A stretch of 64,000 nt of DNA, taken from Gammaproteobacteria bacterium (GTDB lineage Bacteria; Pseudomonadota; Gammaproteobacteria; Magnimaribacterales; AG-339-G14). The position numbers were made by a program, and so were the translations under genes. Shown piece by piece: positions 36,927 to 46,296 of the stretch. Numbering within the stretch: position 1 is the stretch's first letter; each line of letters begins with the position of its first letter. The notes under the pieces are model-generated. The model saw nothing but the letters and a program-made list of their open reading frames with translations, searched no databases and was not told the origin of the DNA. The DNA is taken from contig JBJLHG010000002.1 of NCBI GenBank assembly GCA_045564455.1, forward strand, positions 231,877 through 295,876. Direction: 5' to 3'.

Positions 36927-37416
36927 TTAATAAAGAAAACATTGATGCAAAGCTTTGTAAAATTAAAATAATGCTAAATATTAAAAGCGTAGCTTTATAA
37001 AGATAGACAAAGGGTAGACCTCCTGGCTCTGGAGAGATCTCAGCTATAGACCATGAGAAAGATACGTAATCAAATGAAAGAATTAGAATAAGCCAAGCCA
37101 TAGGTTGTAAAAAAATTAAATGACCTAGTAAATTTATTGTTTTTTTACTCTCCTTGCTTGCTCTTCGGTAAAAGATATCTACTCTGACATGTTCATCATT
37201 TTCTAACGTATAGGCAGAACAAAAAAGAAAAGTAATTCCATGAAAATAAATTACAAGCTCCTGCAAACCAACCACTCCTATTCCTAATACATATCGAAAA
37301 AAAACAATAACAGTGGTAAAAACAATCATTAGCAAAACTGCCCATGAGCTAATTTTTCCAAGATAATGTGGAAAAATTGTAAGCAAAGAATGTATTGTTT
37401 GATTAATATTGTTCAT
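36916..37416 (-). CDS. dctQ: TRAP transporter small permease subunit
   Basis: 166 aa with 4 TM segments, immediately upstream of and overlapping dctM. Confidence 0.8.
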   Translation of the reverse strand: MNNINQTIHSLLTIFPHYLGKISSWAVLLMIVFTTVIVFFRYVLGIGVVGLQELVIYFHGITFLFCSAYTLENDEHVRVDIFYRRASKESKKTINLLGHLIFLQPMAWLILILSFDYVSFSWSIAEISPEPGGLPFVYLYKATLLIFSIILILQSFASMFSLLSDD

Positions 37417-37446
37417 AACGAAATTATGATTAAATAAGAGTTATAT

Positions 37447-38223
37447 ATGATTATTGTTTTATCCCCAGCCAAAACTTTAGACTACGATTCCCCAGTTGAT
37501 AGTTTTGATTATACAACGCCTAGCTTTCTTGGTAAGTCTGAGACTCTGATAAATATTATGCGCTCATATGAACCAGATTATATTTCAGACCTCATGGGTT
37601 TGAGTGAAAACCTTGCTTTTTTAAACTTCGAAAGATATCAAACTTGGAAAAAAAGAAAAAAGCCATCTGAAAATGCAAAACAAGCAATCTTTGCATTCAA
37701 AGGTGATGTTTATCAAGGCTTGGATATTGAAACCTTGTCTAAAAAAGTAATATCTTATTCACAAGATCACTTAAGAATTCTTTCAGGTTTGTATGGTTTG
37801 TTAAAGCCTTTAGATCTTATTTCACCTTATCGTTTGGAAATGGGAACTAAACTGAAATCTGGAGATATCAATGGTCTTTACGATTTTTGGAAAAAAGATT
37901 TAACCAGAGCAGTAAATAAAGATTTAAGCAAACAAAAAAATAAGGTGCTTGTTAATCTGGCTTCTAATGAATATTTCTCCGCTTTAGACAAAAACTTAAT
38001 TCAAGGTAAAACTATCTCACCAGTTTTTAAAGATTTTAAAAACGGCGATTATAAAATTATAAGTTTTTATGCAAAAAAAGCTCGAGGAGCGATGGCAAGG
38101 TTTATTTTAGAAAACAAGATTGAAAGATCAGAAGAACTCATAGATTTCAATCTAGACGGATACAAGTTTAGTAAAAAACTTTCAACTGATCTTGCGCCTA
38201 CCTTTATAAGGAAAGAAAAATAA
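37447..38223 (+). CDS. yaaA: Peroxide stress protein YaaA (UPF0246)
   Basis: MIIVLSPAKTLDY, RILSGLYGLLKPLD and YAKKARG. Confidence 0.9.
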   Translation: MIIVLSPAKTLDYDSPVDSFDYTTPSFLGKSETLINIMRSYEPDYISDLMGLSENLAFLNFERYQTWKKRKKPSENAKQAIFAFKGDVYQGLDIETLSKKVISYSQDHLRILSGLYGLLKPLDLISPYRLEMGTKLKSGDINGLYDFWKKDLTRAVNKDLSKQKNKVLVNLASNEYFSALDKNLIQGKTISPVFKDFKNGDYKIISFYAKKARGAMARFILENKIERSEELIDFNLDGYKFSKKLSTDLAPTFIRKEK

Positions 38224-38225
38224 TT

Positions 38226-39089
38226 CTATTTAGCTGATTTTCCGTAATCTTTGATATCCAGCATATCTTTAAATTCTGGATCACGCTCTTCCATTCTTGA
38301 CGTCATTGCTTCTGCCATATCATCTTGAGGTAACATAGCTCCGCTCCATAAGGCGTTGTATTCTAAACCTTCGGCAATAGTATGATCTCTTGAAAAATTT
38401 AGAACAGCTTTTGTACCATGAACTGCAAGAGGACTTTTAGATGCAATTTCTGCAGCCATCTCTTCTATTCCAGCAATCATAGAAGCGTGATCTTCATAAA
38501 CTTTATTTACTAAGCCACTTTCTAATGCTTCATCAGCAGCCATTCGCCTTCCCGTGTAAGCTAACTCTCTTACTTTTCCTTCATTGATGACTCTAGGAAG
38601 TCTTTGCAAGGTGCCTATGTCTGCTGCCATACCTATATTAATTTCTTGGATACAAAAGAATGCATCTTTGCTAGCAAATCTAATATCAGTGGCAGTGATT
38701 AAATCTAAACCACCTCCAATGCAACCACCTTGAATCCCGCATAAAACCGGAACTCTTAATTTTTCCATCTTAGAGAGCATATTTTGCAGTTCCATAGCAA
38801 CTCTATAAAGACCTTCACCATTTCTAGCGGCATCTGGTTTATTGCTTTTCTTTGATCCTTCTCCGGTGCCTAGAGTGCCAAAATTTTGCAGATCCATTCC
38901 GGCGCAGAAATGCTTGCCTGTTGAAGATAAAATTAAAACTCTAATTGATGAATCTCTATTAATTTCTTCCATGACAATAGGTAATTCATGCCAAAAATTA
39001 AATGTCATTTTATTTAGTTCTTCGCCTTTATTTAAAACTAGACGAGCAATTCCGTCTTTAGTTGAGTAATCAAAACTTTCGTATGTCAT
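38226..39089 (-). CDS. Enoyl-CoA hydratase/isomerase family protein (dienoyl-CoA isomerase-like)
   Basis: ILSSTGKHFCAGMDL and CIGGGLDLITATDIR, crotonase fold. Confidence 0.85.
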   Translation of the reverse strand: MTYESFDYSTKDGIARLVLNKGEELNKMTFNFWHELPIVMEEINRDSSIRVLILSSTGKHFCAGMDLQNFGTLGTGEGSKKSNKPDAARNGEGLYRVAMELQNMLSKMEKLRVPVLCGIQGGCIGGGLDLITATDIRFASKDAFFCIQEINIGMAADIGTLQRLPRVINEGKVRELAYTGRRMAADEALESGLVNKVYEDHASMIAGIEEMAAEIASKSPLAVHGTKAVLNFSRDHTIAEGLEYNALWSGAMLPQDDMAEAMTSRMEERDPEFKDMLDIKDYGKSAK

Positions 39090-39100
39090 TTTCTTCTCCT

Positions 39101-39277
39101 TTAAATTTTAGATTTTAATTCGTTCACAAGATTTTCAGCAACTTCTTCTAATTCTTCAATTAGGTCATAAGAAGAATGATAAGGCATAACAACTTTTCTA
39201 TTTTTTTTGCTAAGTCTTTTTAATCCATTGGATATTTCTTCTGCCTTTTCTAATAATTCTTTATTCTCTTCATTCAT
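39101..39277 (-). CDS. 58-aa helical small protein, not in the ORF track (below the length cutoff)
   Basis: ATG 39277 is preceded by GAGGA. Product is MNEENKELLEKAEEISNGLKRLSKKNRKVVMPYHSSYDLIEELEEVAENLVNELKSKI. Its TAA is followed by AGGAGAAGAAA and then the crotonase ATG. Confidence 0.4.
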   Translation of the reverse strand: MNEENKELLEKAEEISNGLKRLSKKNRKVVMPYHSSYDLIEELEEVAENLVNELKSKI

Positions 39278-39344
39278 TATTCGTATTATCCTCGTTGAGT
39301 ATTGTAAATTAAAAAAGTATTTTTAAAAAACTACTTTAAAAAAA

Positions 39345-40142
39345 ATGAATAATTTAGATTTAGTTTCTCCAATTACAGAAATTTTAATTAAGGCATCAAA
39401 ATTGATACTTAATATTTATCATCAAAATAATTTTGATAGTTCATTGAAAGATGATCTTTCACCTGTTACCAAAGCTGATAAAGATGCGCATTTTTTAATA
39501 ATTAAAGAATTATCTAGATTATTTCCCAAAATACCTGTTATTTCTGAAGAGGGAGAAGAAAAAGAAATTACTTCTAAAATATTTTGGCTAGTGGATCCTT
39601 TGGATGGAACTAAAGAATTTATTAATAAAAGCGAAGATTTCACTATCAATATAGCTTTAATAAATAATCATGAGTCAGTTTTTGGAGCTATTTATAAACC
39701 TCTTACAGATGAATTGTTCATAGGAGGAAAAAACTTACCAGCTTTTAGAAAGCAAAATAACGTAAAAGAAAAATTGCAAACAGATTCGAGGCCTAAAGAC
39801 TGTATTATTTGTCAAAGTAAAAGTCATAGCACTGAAAAGGAAAAGAGCTTTATAGAAGAATTAAAAAATAAATTTAATTCTCATAAAGTTATCAATGCTG
39901 GAAGTTCGATAAAGATTTGCTTAATTGCAGAAGGAAAATGTCATATATATCCTAGATTTGGAGACACACATCAATGGGATATTGCAGCTGGTCATGCGAT
40001 TCTAAAAGCTTCTGGCGGAGATATTTTAGATTTAAATCTAAAAGAAATAATTTATTTTTCATCTTATAAAAAGAAAGTAAATGGCTTTTTTGCCCTTTCA
40101 GATATACCTTTTTGGGTACCAAAAATTCAACAATTACAATAG
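39345..40142 (+). CDS. cysQ: 3'(2'),5'-bisphosphate nucleotidase
   Basis: Inositol monophosphatase fold: ISEE, WLVDPLDGTKEF and WDIAAGHAIL. Confidence 0.85.
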   Translation: MNNLDLVSPITEILIKASKLILNIYHQNNFDSSLKDDLSPVTKADKDAHFLIIKELSRLFPKIPVISEEGEEKEITSKIFWLVDPLDGTKEFINKSEDFTINIALINNHESVFGAIYKPLTDELFIGGKNLPAFRKQNNVKEKLQTDSRPKDCIICQSKSHSTEKEKSFIEELKNKFNSHKVINAGSSIKICLIAEGKCHIYPRFGDTHQWDIAAGHAILKASGGDILDLNLKEIIYFSSYKKKVNGFFALSDIPFWVPKIQQLQ

Positions 40143-40205
40143 TTTGTGTAAAATAATATTTTTTTATATGTAAATAACAGTATTTTGGGTATAAAATTCG
40201 CAATT

Positions 40206-41057
40206 ATGGCTAAAGAACTCCAACCAATGGATGTTTCAGCTCCAGGTCAAAACCTGGAAGCTTACCTTTCATCTGTTCAAAACATAGCTATTCTTTCTCC
40301 CGAAGAAGAAAAGAAGCTCGCAGAAGATCTTTACTATAGAAACGATCTTGAAGCCGCACGTCAATTAGTAATGGCCCATCTAAGATTTGTTGTTCATATA
40401 GCCAGAGGTTACTCAGGATACGGTTTACCTCAAGCAGATTTAATTCAAGAAGGTAATGTTGGATTAATGAAAGCAGTTAGAAAATTTAATCCAGAAGTTG
40501 GAGTGAGATTGATATCTTTTGCCGTTCATTGGATTAAATCAGAAATGCATGAATATATTATTAAAAATTGGAAAATCGTTAAAGTAGCGACTACAAAAGC
40601 TCAACGAAAATTATTTTTTAACTTAAGAAGTCAAAAGAAAGAACTGAAGTGGCTAACACCTGATGAAATTAAGGTCATTTCTAATGAATTAGGAGTAGAT
40701 GAAAAGTCAGTAAAAGAAATGGAGTCCAGATTGACTTCAGCTGATATGTCTTTTGATCCGCCTACTGAAGCCAGTGATGAGCAAGCCTCTTTTAGTCCTT
40801 CGGGTTTCTTAACTGATGATTCAAATGATCCGGCAGAATTAGTAGAAAAAGAAAATTCAGATGATTATAATTACGAACTTCTCCACCAAGCTATGGCCGA
40901 ATTAGATCCTCGTAGTAAAGAAATATTAGTAGATAGGTGGCTAGAAGAACAGAAATTAACCTTGCATGAATTAGCTGATAAATACGGAGTTAGCGCAGAG
41001 AGAATCAGGCAAATAGAAAAAGCTGCAATGGAAAAAGTTAAGAGTTATATCTCTTAG
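40206..41057 (+). CDS. rpoH: RNA polymerase sigma-32 (heat shock sigma factor)
   Basis: RpoH box QRKLFFNLR, region 2 DLIQEGNVGLMKAVRKF, and region 4.2 VSAERIRQIE. Start at MAKEL (ATG 40206). Confidence 0.95.
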   Translation: MAKELQPMDVSAPGQNLEAYLSSVQNIAILSPEEEKKLAEDLYYRNDLEAARQLVMAHLRFVVHIARGYSGYGLPQADLIQEGNVGLMKAVRKFNPEVGVRLISFAVHWIKSEMHEYIIKNWKIVKVATTKAQRKLFFNLRSQKKELKWLTPDEIKVISNELGVDEKSVKEMESRLTSADMSFDPPTEASDEQASFSPSGFLTDDSNDPAELVEKENSDDYNYELLHQAMAELDPRSKEILVDRWLEEQKLTLHELADKYGVSAERIRQIEKAAMEKVKSYIS

Positions 41058-41070
41058 AAAAGGAAAATAA

Positions 41071-41280
41071 ATGGCACAAATTAAGATTTCTCTTAATGGA
41101 AATTCTCACCTTATACCAGAAGACATTAATATCACTGAGCTTTTCTCTTTTTTAGAACTTAACGATAAATTTGTCGCAGTTGAATTGAATGATGAAATAG
41201 TTTTTAGAAGTAATTGGAAAAAAGTTAAATTAAGTTCTGATGACAAAGTAGAGTTAGTCAAAGCTATAGGCGGCGGTTAA
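41071..41280 (+). CDS. thiS: Sulfur carrier protein ThiS
   Basis: 69-aa ubiquitin-like protein ending in GGG, immediately upstream of thiG. Confidence 0.85.
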   Translation: MAQIKISLNGNSHLIPEDINITELFSFLELNDKFVAVELNDEIVFRSNWKKVKLSSDDKVELVKAIGGG

Positions 41281-41282
41281 AT

Positions 41283-42068
41283 TTGTCAAAAGATACTTTA
41301 AAGATAGCTGGAAAATTTTTTTCTTCGAGACTTTTGGTGGGAACTGGAAAGTATGAAAACAAAGATATAGCTGTTCAGGCGATTGAAGCTTCAGAAGCTG
41401 AAATAGTTACTGTTGCTATTCGAAGAGTAGAGCTAGATAAAAGTCTAAGATCAGAGCCTATCCTCAATTATATTTCTCCTAAAAAATATACCATTCTTCC
41501 AAATACCGCAGGATGCTTTAATGCAAAAGAAGCAATAAGAATAGCTCGTTTAGGTAGAGAAATATTAGACGGAAAAAATTTACTTAAATTAGAAGTTTTA
41601 AAAGATAAAGAGACACTTTTGCCATTAATGGACGAAACATTATTGGCTGCAAAAGAGTTGGTTAAAGATGGTTTTGAGATCATGGTTTATTGCACCGATG
41701 AACTAGAATACGCTCTGAAGCTAGAAGAAATTGGTTGCGTGGCTATCATGCCTTTGGCAGCTCCGATTGGATCTGGTCAAGGAATAGTCAATCCAGATGC
41801 GATTAATTCAATAGTAGAAAAAATTTCTCAACCAGTAATCATTGATGCAGGTATTGGAACAGCTTCTGAAGTAACAGTAGCGATGGAAATGGGATGTGAT
41901 GGAGTCCTTTTAAATACGGCAATTGCAAAAGCTAAAAAACCTACATTAATGGCTGAAGCTATGAAAGAGGCTGCGAGAAGCGGAAGAAAATCTTTTTTAG
42001 CAGGAAGAATGAAAACCGACTTAAAGGCAAATCCTAGTTCTCCAATGAAAGGAATAGTTAATTCTTGA
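41283..42068 (+). CDS. thiG: Thiazole synthase
   Basis: TTG start, FSSRLLVGTGKY, LPNTAGC, LKLEV, MPLAAPIGSGQG and DAGIGTAS. Confidence 0.95.
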   Translation: MSKDTLKIAGKFFSSRLLVGTGKYENKDIAVQAIEASEAEIVTVAIRRVELDKSLRSEPILNYISPKKYTILPNTAGCFNAKEAIRIARLGREILDGKNLLKLEVLKDKETLLPLMDETLLAAKELVKDGFEIMVYCTDELEYALKLEEIGCVAIMPLAAPIGSGQGIVNPDAINSIVEKISQPVIIDAGIGTASEVTVAMEMGCDGVLLNTAIAKAKKPTLMAEAMKEAARSGRKSFLAGRMKTDLKANPSSPMKGIVNS

Positions 42069-42715
42069 ATAAAACCATTAAAAGCTTTTCAAAAGCAAGA
42101 TCAAGATCTTCAATTAAAAATAAGGATTTGCTAAACGACGCAAATAGAGAAATTTTTCAAAAAGAAGAAAATTTTAAAGATTTTAAATTTCTAATCGACG
42201 AGTCAAAAATAAATAATCTAGAAATAGGTTTTGGGGATGGAAAACATTTATATGAAATGGCGACCTTAAGACCAGAAGAAAATTTTATAGGCGTTGAGGT
42301 CTTTGAGTCCGGATTAGCAAATACTTATAAAAAAATTGTTTTAAATAAAATTAAAAACTTAAGCATTGTTCAGGGAGACATTGTTCAAATAATTAAAAAG
42401 AATGAAAGTATAGAAATATTTGATCGGATGTATATCTTATTCCCTGATCCTTGGCCTAAATCCAAGCATAAAAAAAGAAGACTATTGAAAGAAAGATTTC
42501 TATCAAAAGTTAATGATCTGATAAAAAAAAATGGAACATTAATTATTAAAACAGATTGGCAAGATTATGCTGAGGAAATAGAAATAAATTTAAAAAAAAT
42601 GAATTTTGAATTCAATATAAATTATTTAGAAAATCTTTTTAAAACTAAATATGAGCAAATTGCTATTGACGAAGACAGAACGATAGTTAACTTTGAAGTT
42701 CAGATAAAATCTTAA
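42065..42715 (+). CDS. trmB: tRNA (guanine-N7)-methyltransferase
   Basis: EIGFGDG SAM motif and FPDPWPKSKHKKRR. TTGA overlap with thiG. Confidence 0.9.
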   Translation: MNKTIKSFSKARSRSSIKNKDLLNDANREIFQKEENFKDFKFLIDESKINNLEIGFGDGKHLYEMATLRPEENFIGVEVFESGLANTYKKIVLNKIKNLSIVQGDIVQIIKKNESIEIFDRMYILFPDPWPKSKHKKRRLLKERFLSKVNDLIKKNGTLIIKTDWQDYAEEIEINLKKMNFEFNINYLENLFKTKYEQIAIDEDRTIVNFEVQIKS

Positions 42716-43274
42716 TCATTTTCTCAGTAGATATGGTTCTGTGACTTATTTTCATTCTTTCTGTCTTGGAAAGCTCTGCCAAAGTTTGCTCTGAATTTTT
42801 TATTTGAAATATTGGATCATAACCAAATCCTTGAGTACCTCTTGGAATATCTATTATTTTTCCAAAAAGCTCTCCATATGTATATACAGTCTCCTTAGTT
42901 TTAAAATTAAAAAAAGATAAAACAGAAATAAATTTAGCAGCTTTCTCTTTTTGGTTATGCATTTTCCTTAGAAGTTTTTCATTATTAAGATCATCATTAG
43001 CCTTATTGCCAGCAAATCTAGCTGAAAATATCCCCGGAGCGCCGTTTAAAGCTAGAACCTCTAGACCTGAATCATCTCCAAAAGCTGGAAGACCGGTTAA
43101 CCTAGAAGCAAACTCAGCTTTGATAAAAGCATTTTCTTCATAACTGCTTCCAGTTTCATTTATATCTTCACTTGTATATTTAGACAAAGGTATTAACTCA
43201 ATATCAGTTTTTTCAAACAAGAAATCAAATTCTTTAATCTTTCCTGAGTTTTTAGAGGCTAGGACTAACTTCAA
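42687..43274 (-). CDS. rdgB: dITP/XTP pyrophosphatase (Ham1 family)
   Basis: LASKNSGKIKEF, DDSGLEV, GFGYDPIF and SHR. Confidence 0.9.
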   Translation of the reverse strand: MKLVLASKNSGKIKEFDFLFEKTDIELIPLSKYTSEDINETGSSYEENAFIKAEFASRLTGLPAFGDDSGLEVLALNGAPGIFSARFAGNKANDDLNNEKLLRKMHNQKEKAAKFISVLSFFNFKTKETVYTYGELFGKIIDIPRGTQGFGYDPIFQIKNSEQTLAELSKTERMKISHRTISTEKMIKILSELQS

Positions 43275-43858
43275 GATTTTTTGAAAATTTTATAAATTGC
43301 AATTTCCGCAAATAAATTAGGCATTAATTTAGATAAAAATGTGCTTTTTCCAGAATTATTAATCAATTTTCTCTTGGCTATAGTTAGGTTTGCATTTGAA
43401 CAAAGATCTTCGAAGTCTTTTAAAGAACACAAATGTAAATTTGGCGTAGAAAACCAGTCATGAGGCAAAGCAGACGATACTGGCATTTTACCAGTAATAA
43501 ATAATTGAACTCTACATCGAAGATTAGCAAAATTTGGAATACTTACGATACATTCGTCTCCAATTCTTACAATTTCTTCCAAAGCAATTTCAGGTTTTTT
43601 TAGAGTTTGAAAAGACTGGCTCATTAATACAATATCAAAAGACTTATCTCCAAAATTATTTAATCCTTTGTCAATATCTTGCTCTATAACGTTTAAACCT
43701 TTTTCAAGACTAAGCTGTATATTTTTATCTTCAATATCTATTCCTAAACCAACAACATTTAACTCTTTCTTTAATTCAGCTAGCATGGAGCCATCCCCAC
43801 AACCCAAATCTAAAACTCGAGATTCTTCGGGGATCCATTTCTTTATAATATTAAACAT
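43271..43858 (-). CDS. metW: Methionine biosynthesis protein MetW
   Basis: VLDLGCGDG SAM-methyltransferase-like motif. Overlaps metX, as in metXW operons. Confidence 0.9.
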   Translation of the reverse strand: MFNIIKKWIPEESRVLDLGCGDGSMLAELKKELNVVGLGIDIEDKNIQLSLEKGLNVIEQDIDKGLNNFGDKSFDIVLMSQSFQTLKKPEIALEEIVRIGDECIVSIPNFANLRCRVQLFITGKMPVSSALPHDWFSTPNLHLCSLKDFEDLCSNANLTIAKRKLINNSGKSTFLSKLMPNLFAEIAIYKIFKKS

Positions 43859-44957
43859 CTGAGCTTAAAAAAGTTTTTATTGTTTCGACATATCTTCTAT
43901 CTGGGAATAAGAAACCATCATGGCCTTGATATGATTCAATATTTACATAACTGACATTTTTTTTAGCAGCGACTAGAGAATTAACTATTTCTTTAGATCG
44001 TTTGGGGGAAAACCTCCAATCGGATGAAAAAGAAATTATGAGAAAATCAGACTTAGTTTTATTTAAAGTAGATACTAAATCTCCTTCAAAATATTTAGCG
44101 GGATCAAAATAATCCAATGCTTTGGTCATAAGAAGATATGTGTGAGCATCAAATTTATCTGAAAAATTATCAGCTTGATATCTAAGGTAACTTTCTACTT
44201 CAAATTCTACGTCGTATCCATATTCTATTTTGTCTTTTTTTAAATCTCTATCAAATTTTTCTTTCATAACTTCTTCAGACAAATAAGTTATGTGACCTAA
44301 CATTCTTGCCAAACCCAAACCTCTTTTTGGATGATGTGTTCCTTTTTCAAAATCTGGATCGGTAACTATTGACTGACGTGCTACTTCATTAAATGCTATG
44401 TTTTGAGCGCTTAATTTTGGAGCAGCAGCAATCACAACAGCCTTCTTTATTAGATCCGGATAATCGATGGACCATTGAAGAGCTTGCATTCCACCTAAGC
44501 TTCCTCCTGCAACAGAGTGCCAGTAATTAATTTCTAAGAATTCTCTTAAGAGATTTTGGCTGTTTATCCAATCTTTGACTGTAACTAGGGGAAAATCTTT
44601 TCCATACTTTTCACCAGTTTCAGGATTCAAACTTGAAGGTCCCGTAGAACCATGACATCCGCCTAAATTATTAAGAGAAACTATAAAAAATTTATTTGTA
44701 TCAAAAGCTTTATCTGGACCAATTAATTCGTTCCACCATCCAGCTTTTTTTTCATCTTCTTCAGAAAATCCCGCAGCATGATGATTTCCGCTAAGCGCAT
44801 GACAAATCAAAATAGCATTGTCTTTATTCTTAGAAAGAGAACCATAAGTTTCATAAATCAGATCAAAGCTTTTTAAGCTTTTTCCTGACTCTAAAACAAA
44901 TTCATCCTTATAAGAAAAAGTTTCGGGTTTTATAAAACCTAAAGATTTACTGCTCAT
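43851..44957 (-). CDS. metX: Homoserine O-acyl(acetyl/succinyl)transferase MetX
   Basis: CHALSGNHH, GGSLGGMQAL nucleophile elbow, and C-terminal GHDGFL. Confidence 0.95.
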   Translation of the reverse strand: MSSKSLGFIKPETFSYKDEFVLESGKSLKSFDLIYETYGSLSKNKDNAILICHALSGNHHAAGFSEEDEKKAGWWNELIGPDKAFDTNKFFIVSLNNLGGCHGSTGPSSLNPETGEKYGKDFPLVTVKDWINSQNLLREFLEINYWHSVAGGSLGGMQALQWSIDYPDLIKKAVVIAAAPKLSAQNIAFNEVARQSIVTDPDFEKGTHHPKRGLGLARMLGHITYLSEEVMKEKFDRDLKKDKIEYGYDVEFEVESYLRYQADNFSDKFDAHTYLLMTKALDYFDPAKYFEGDLVSTLNKTKSDFLIISFSSDWRFSPKRSKEIVNSLVAAKKNVSYVNIESYQGHDGFLFPDRRYVETIKTFLSSDV

Positions 44958-45511
44958 TAAAATAATGTTGGGAAGCCCGCAGAAAATCTTAGATTTTCTA
45001 TAGCTCTATCTACCTGTATTAAAATAAAAAAAACAATTATAGGAGAAAAATCTATACCGCCCATTGAAGTTAACCTTTGAAACGGCTTTAAAAGAGGTTG
45101 TGTAATATTGTGACAAATGCTTAAAAAAGGGCTGTTAGAGGAAGGTGCTACCCAAGTTCCTATAATAGATATAAAAAGAGAAAATCTAAGAATTTGAGAT
45201 ACTAAAAAAAACAAACTAAGAGCAGACCATCCAATTGCATTCAAGAGGCTAAAGTCCAAATCTTTACTAGCACTAAACAAATAAAAAGATACGAGCTTTA
45301 AATCTATAATCCAGAAAGCACACGCAAGGTCTATCCCAAATAAAATTGGTAAGAAAAATCTAAAAGGTTTGCAAAAAGGATCTAAGGTCGAAAAAGACAT
45401 TTTTACAATAGGATTTAACAGGCTTACTTGAAAAAATCTAAATAAAAGATAAAAAGTAAAAACAATTGCCAGAAGGTTTGTTAAAACAGAAGATGCATAC
45501 AAAGGATCCAT
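44957..45511 (-). CDS. yggT: YggT family membrane protein
   Basis: Two YGGT repeats (LDPFCKPFRFFLP...GIDL; TQPLLKPFQRL...GGIDFSP), in the yggS-proC-yggT context. Confidence 0.85.
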   Translation of the reverse strand: MDPLYASSVLTNLLAIVFTFYLLFRFFQVSLLNPIVKMSFSTLDPFCKPFRFFLPILFGIDLACAFWIIDLKLVSFYLFSASKDLDFSLLNAIGWSALSLFFLVSQILRFSLFISIIGTWVAPSSNSPFLSICHNITQPLLKPFQRLTSMGGIDFSPIIVFFILIQVDRAIENLRFSAGFPTLF

Positions 45512-46296
45512 TACTCTCCTAATGATTTAGATTTATCGATAGCTTCATTTATAGCATCCTGCCATATTTTTTTAATACCTGAAGCATCAATTTTAGCTAA
45601 AGCTGCTTCTGTAACTCCACCTTTTGAAGCAACCATGGTTTTTATATCTTTAAACCTCTTAGACTCTTCGCTTGATTTATGAATAAAGGAAGTTCCATCT
45701 AATAGGTCTCTAATCCATGACTCAGGATCATTAAAGCCATGTTCTTTAGCTATTTCACTCAGCGTATCGGAGAGATGACTTATGTATGCTGGACCAGCTC
45801 CAAAAATTGCAGTGAAAGCATCAAATTGATCTTCATCAATCTGAATGCACCTGCCTAGTAAACTGAGAAGATTTATTACGCTAGACTCATTAGTTTTAGA
45901 TTCTGTGTATATTGCAATTGGACTAGAACCGCTACTTATTCCTAATGTAGGCATAGCTCTATAAATATTTTCGTAACCATCGAGTTGTTTTTTAAGCTTT
46001 TCAAATTTTAAACCTGCTACGAAAGAAATAAGTACCTGAGACGAAAGAAAATTAGAAATAGTTGAATTAACTTCATCTGCTATATTAGGCTTAACTGTTA
46101 GAAATATTACCTCCGAGCTCTCGATTACTTCTTTGATATCAGTATATTGAACTCCTAAATTTGTTATTTCTTCACTTTCGACAGGATCAAATGCAAAGAT
46201 TTTAAAACTTGGAGCCAATCGCTCAATGGCATGTCTACCTAAATTTCCAGTTCCAATAAAACCTATAGTTTTTAAATCTTTAATTTCTTTCACCAA
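45511..46296 (-). CDS. proC: Pyrroline-5-carboxylate reductase
   Basis: IGFIGTGNLG, VKPN and SKGGVTEAAL. Confidence 0.9.
   Translation of the reverse strand: MVKEIKDLKTIGFIGTGNLGRHAIERLAPSFKIFAFDPVESEEITNLGVQYTDIKEVIESSEVIFLTVKPNIADEVNSTISNFLSSQVLISFVAGLKFEKLKKQLDGYENIYRAMPTLGISSGSSPIAIYTESKTNESSVINLLSLLGRCIQIDEDQFDAFTAIFGAGPAYISHLSDTLSEIAKEHGFNDPESWIRDLLDGTSFIHKSSEESKRFKDIKTMVASKGGVTEAALAKIDASGIKKIWQDAINEAIDKSKSLGE

Noticed and set aside
40185-40205. The TTG start at 40185 used by the ORF track for rpoH.
   Set aside because: The ATG at 40206 gives MAKELQPMD..., a normal RpoH N-terminus. The 7 extra residues (MGIKFAI) have no counterpart.
41058-41070. I looked for a TPP riboswitch upstream of thiS-thiG.
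   Set aside because: Only 13 nt separate the rpoH stop from the thiS ATG, so there is no room for the roughly 100-nt aptamer. I saw no CUGAGA-type core in the end of rpoH. The rpoH/thiSG/trmB linkage without a riboswitch is also known from Pseudomonas-like genomes, so it is not unusual.
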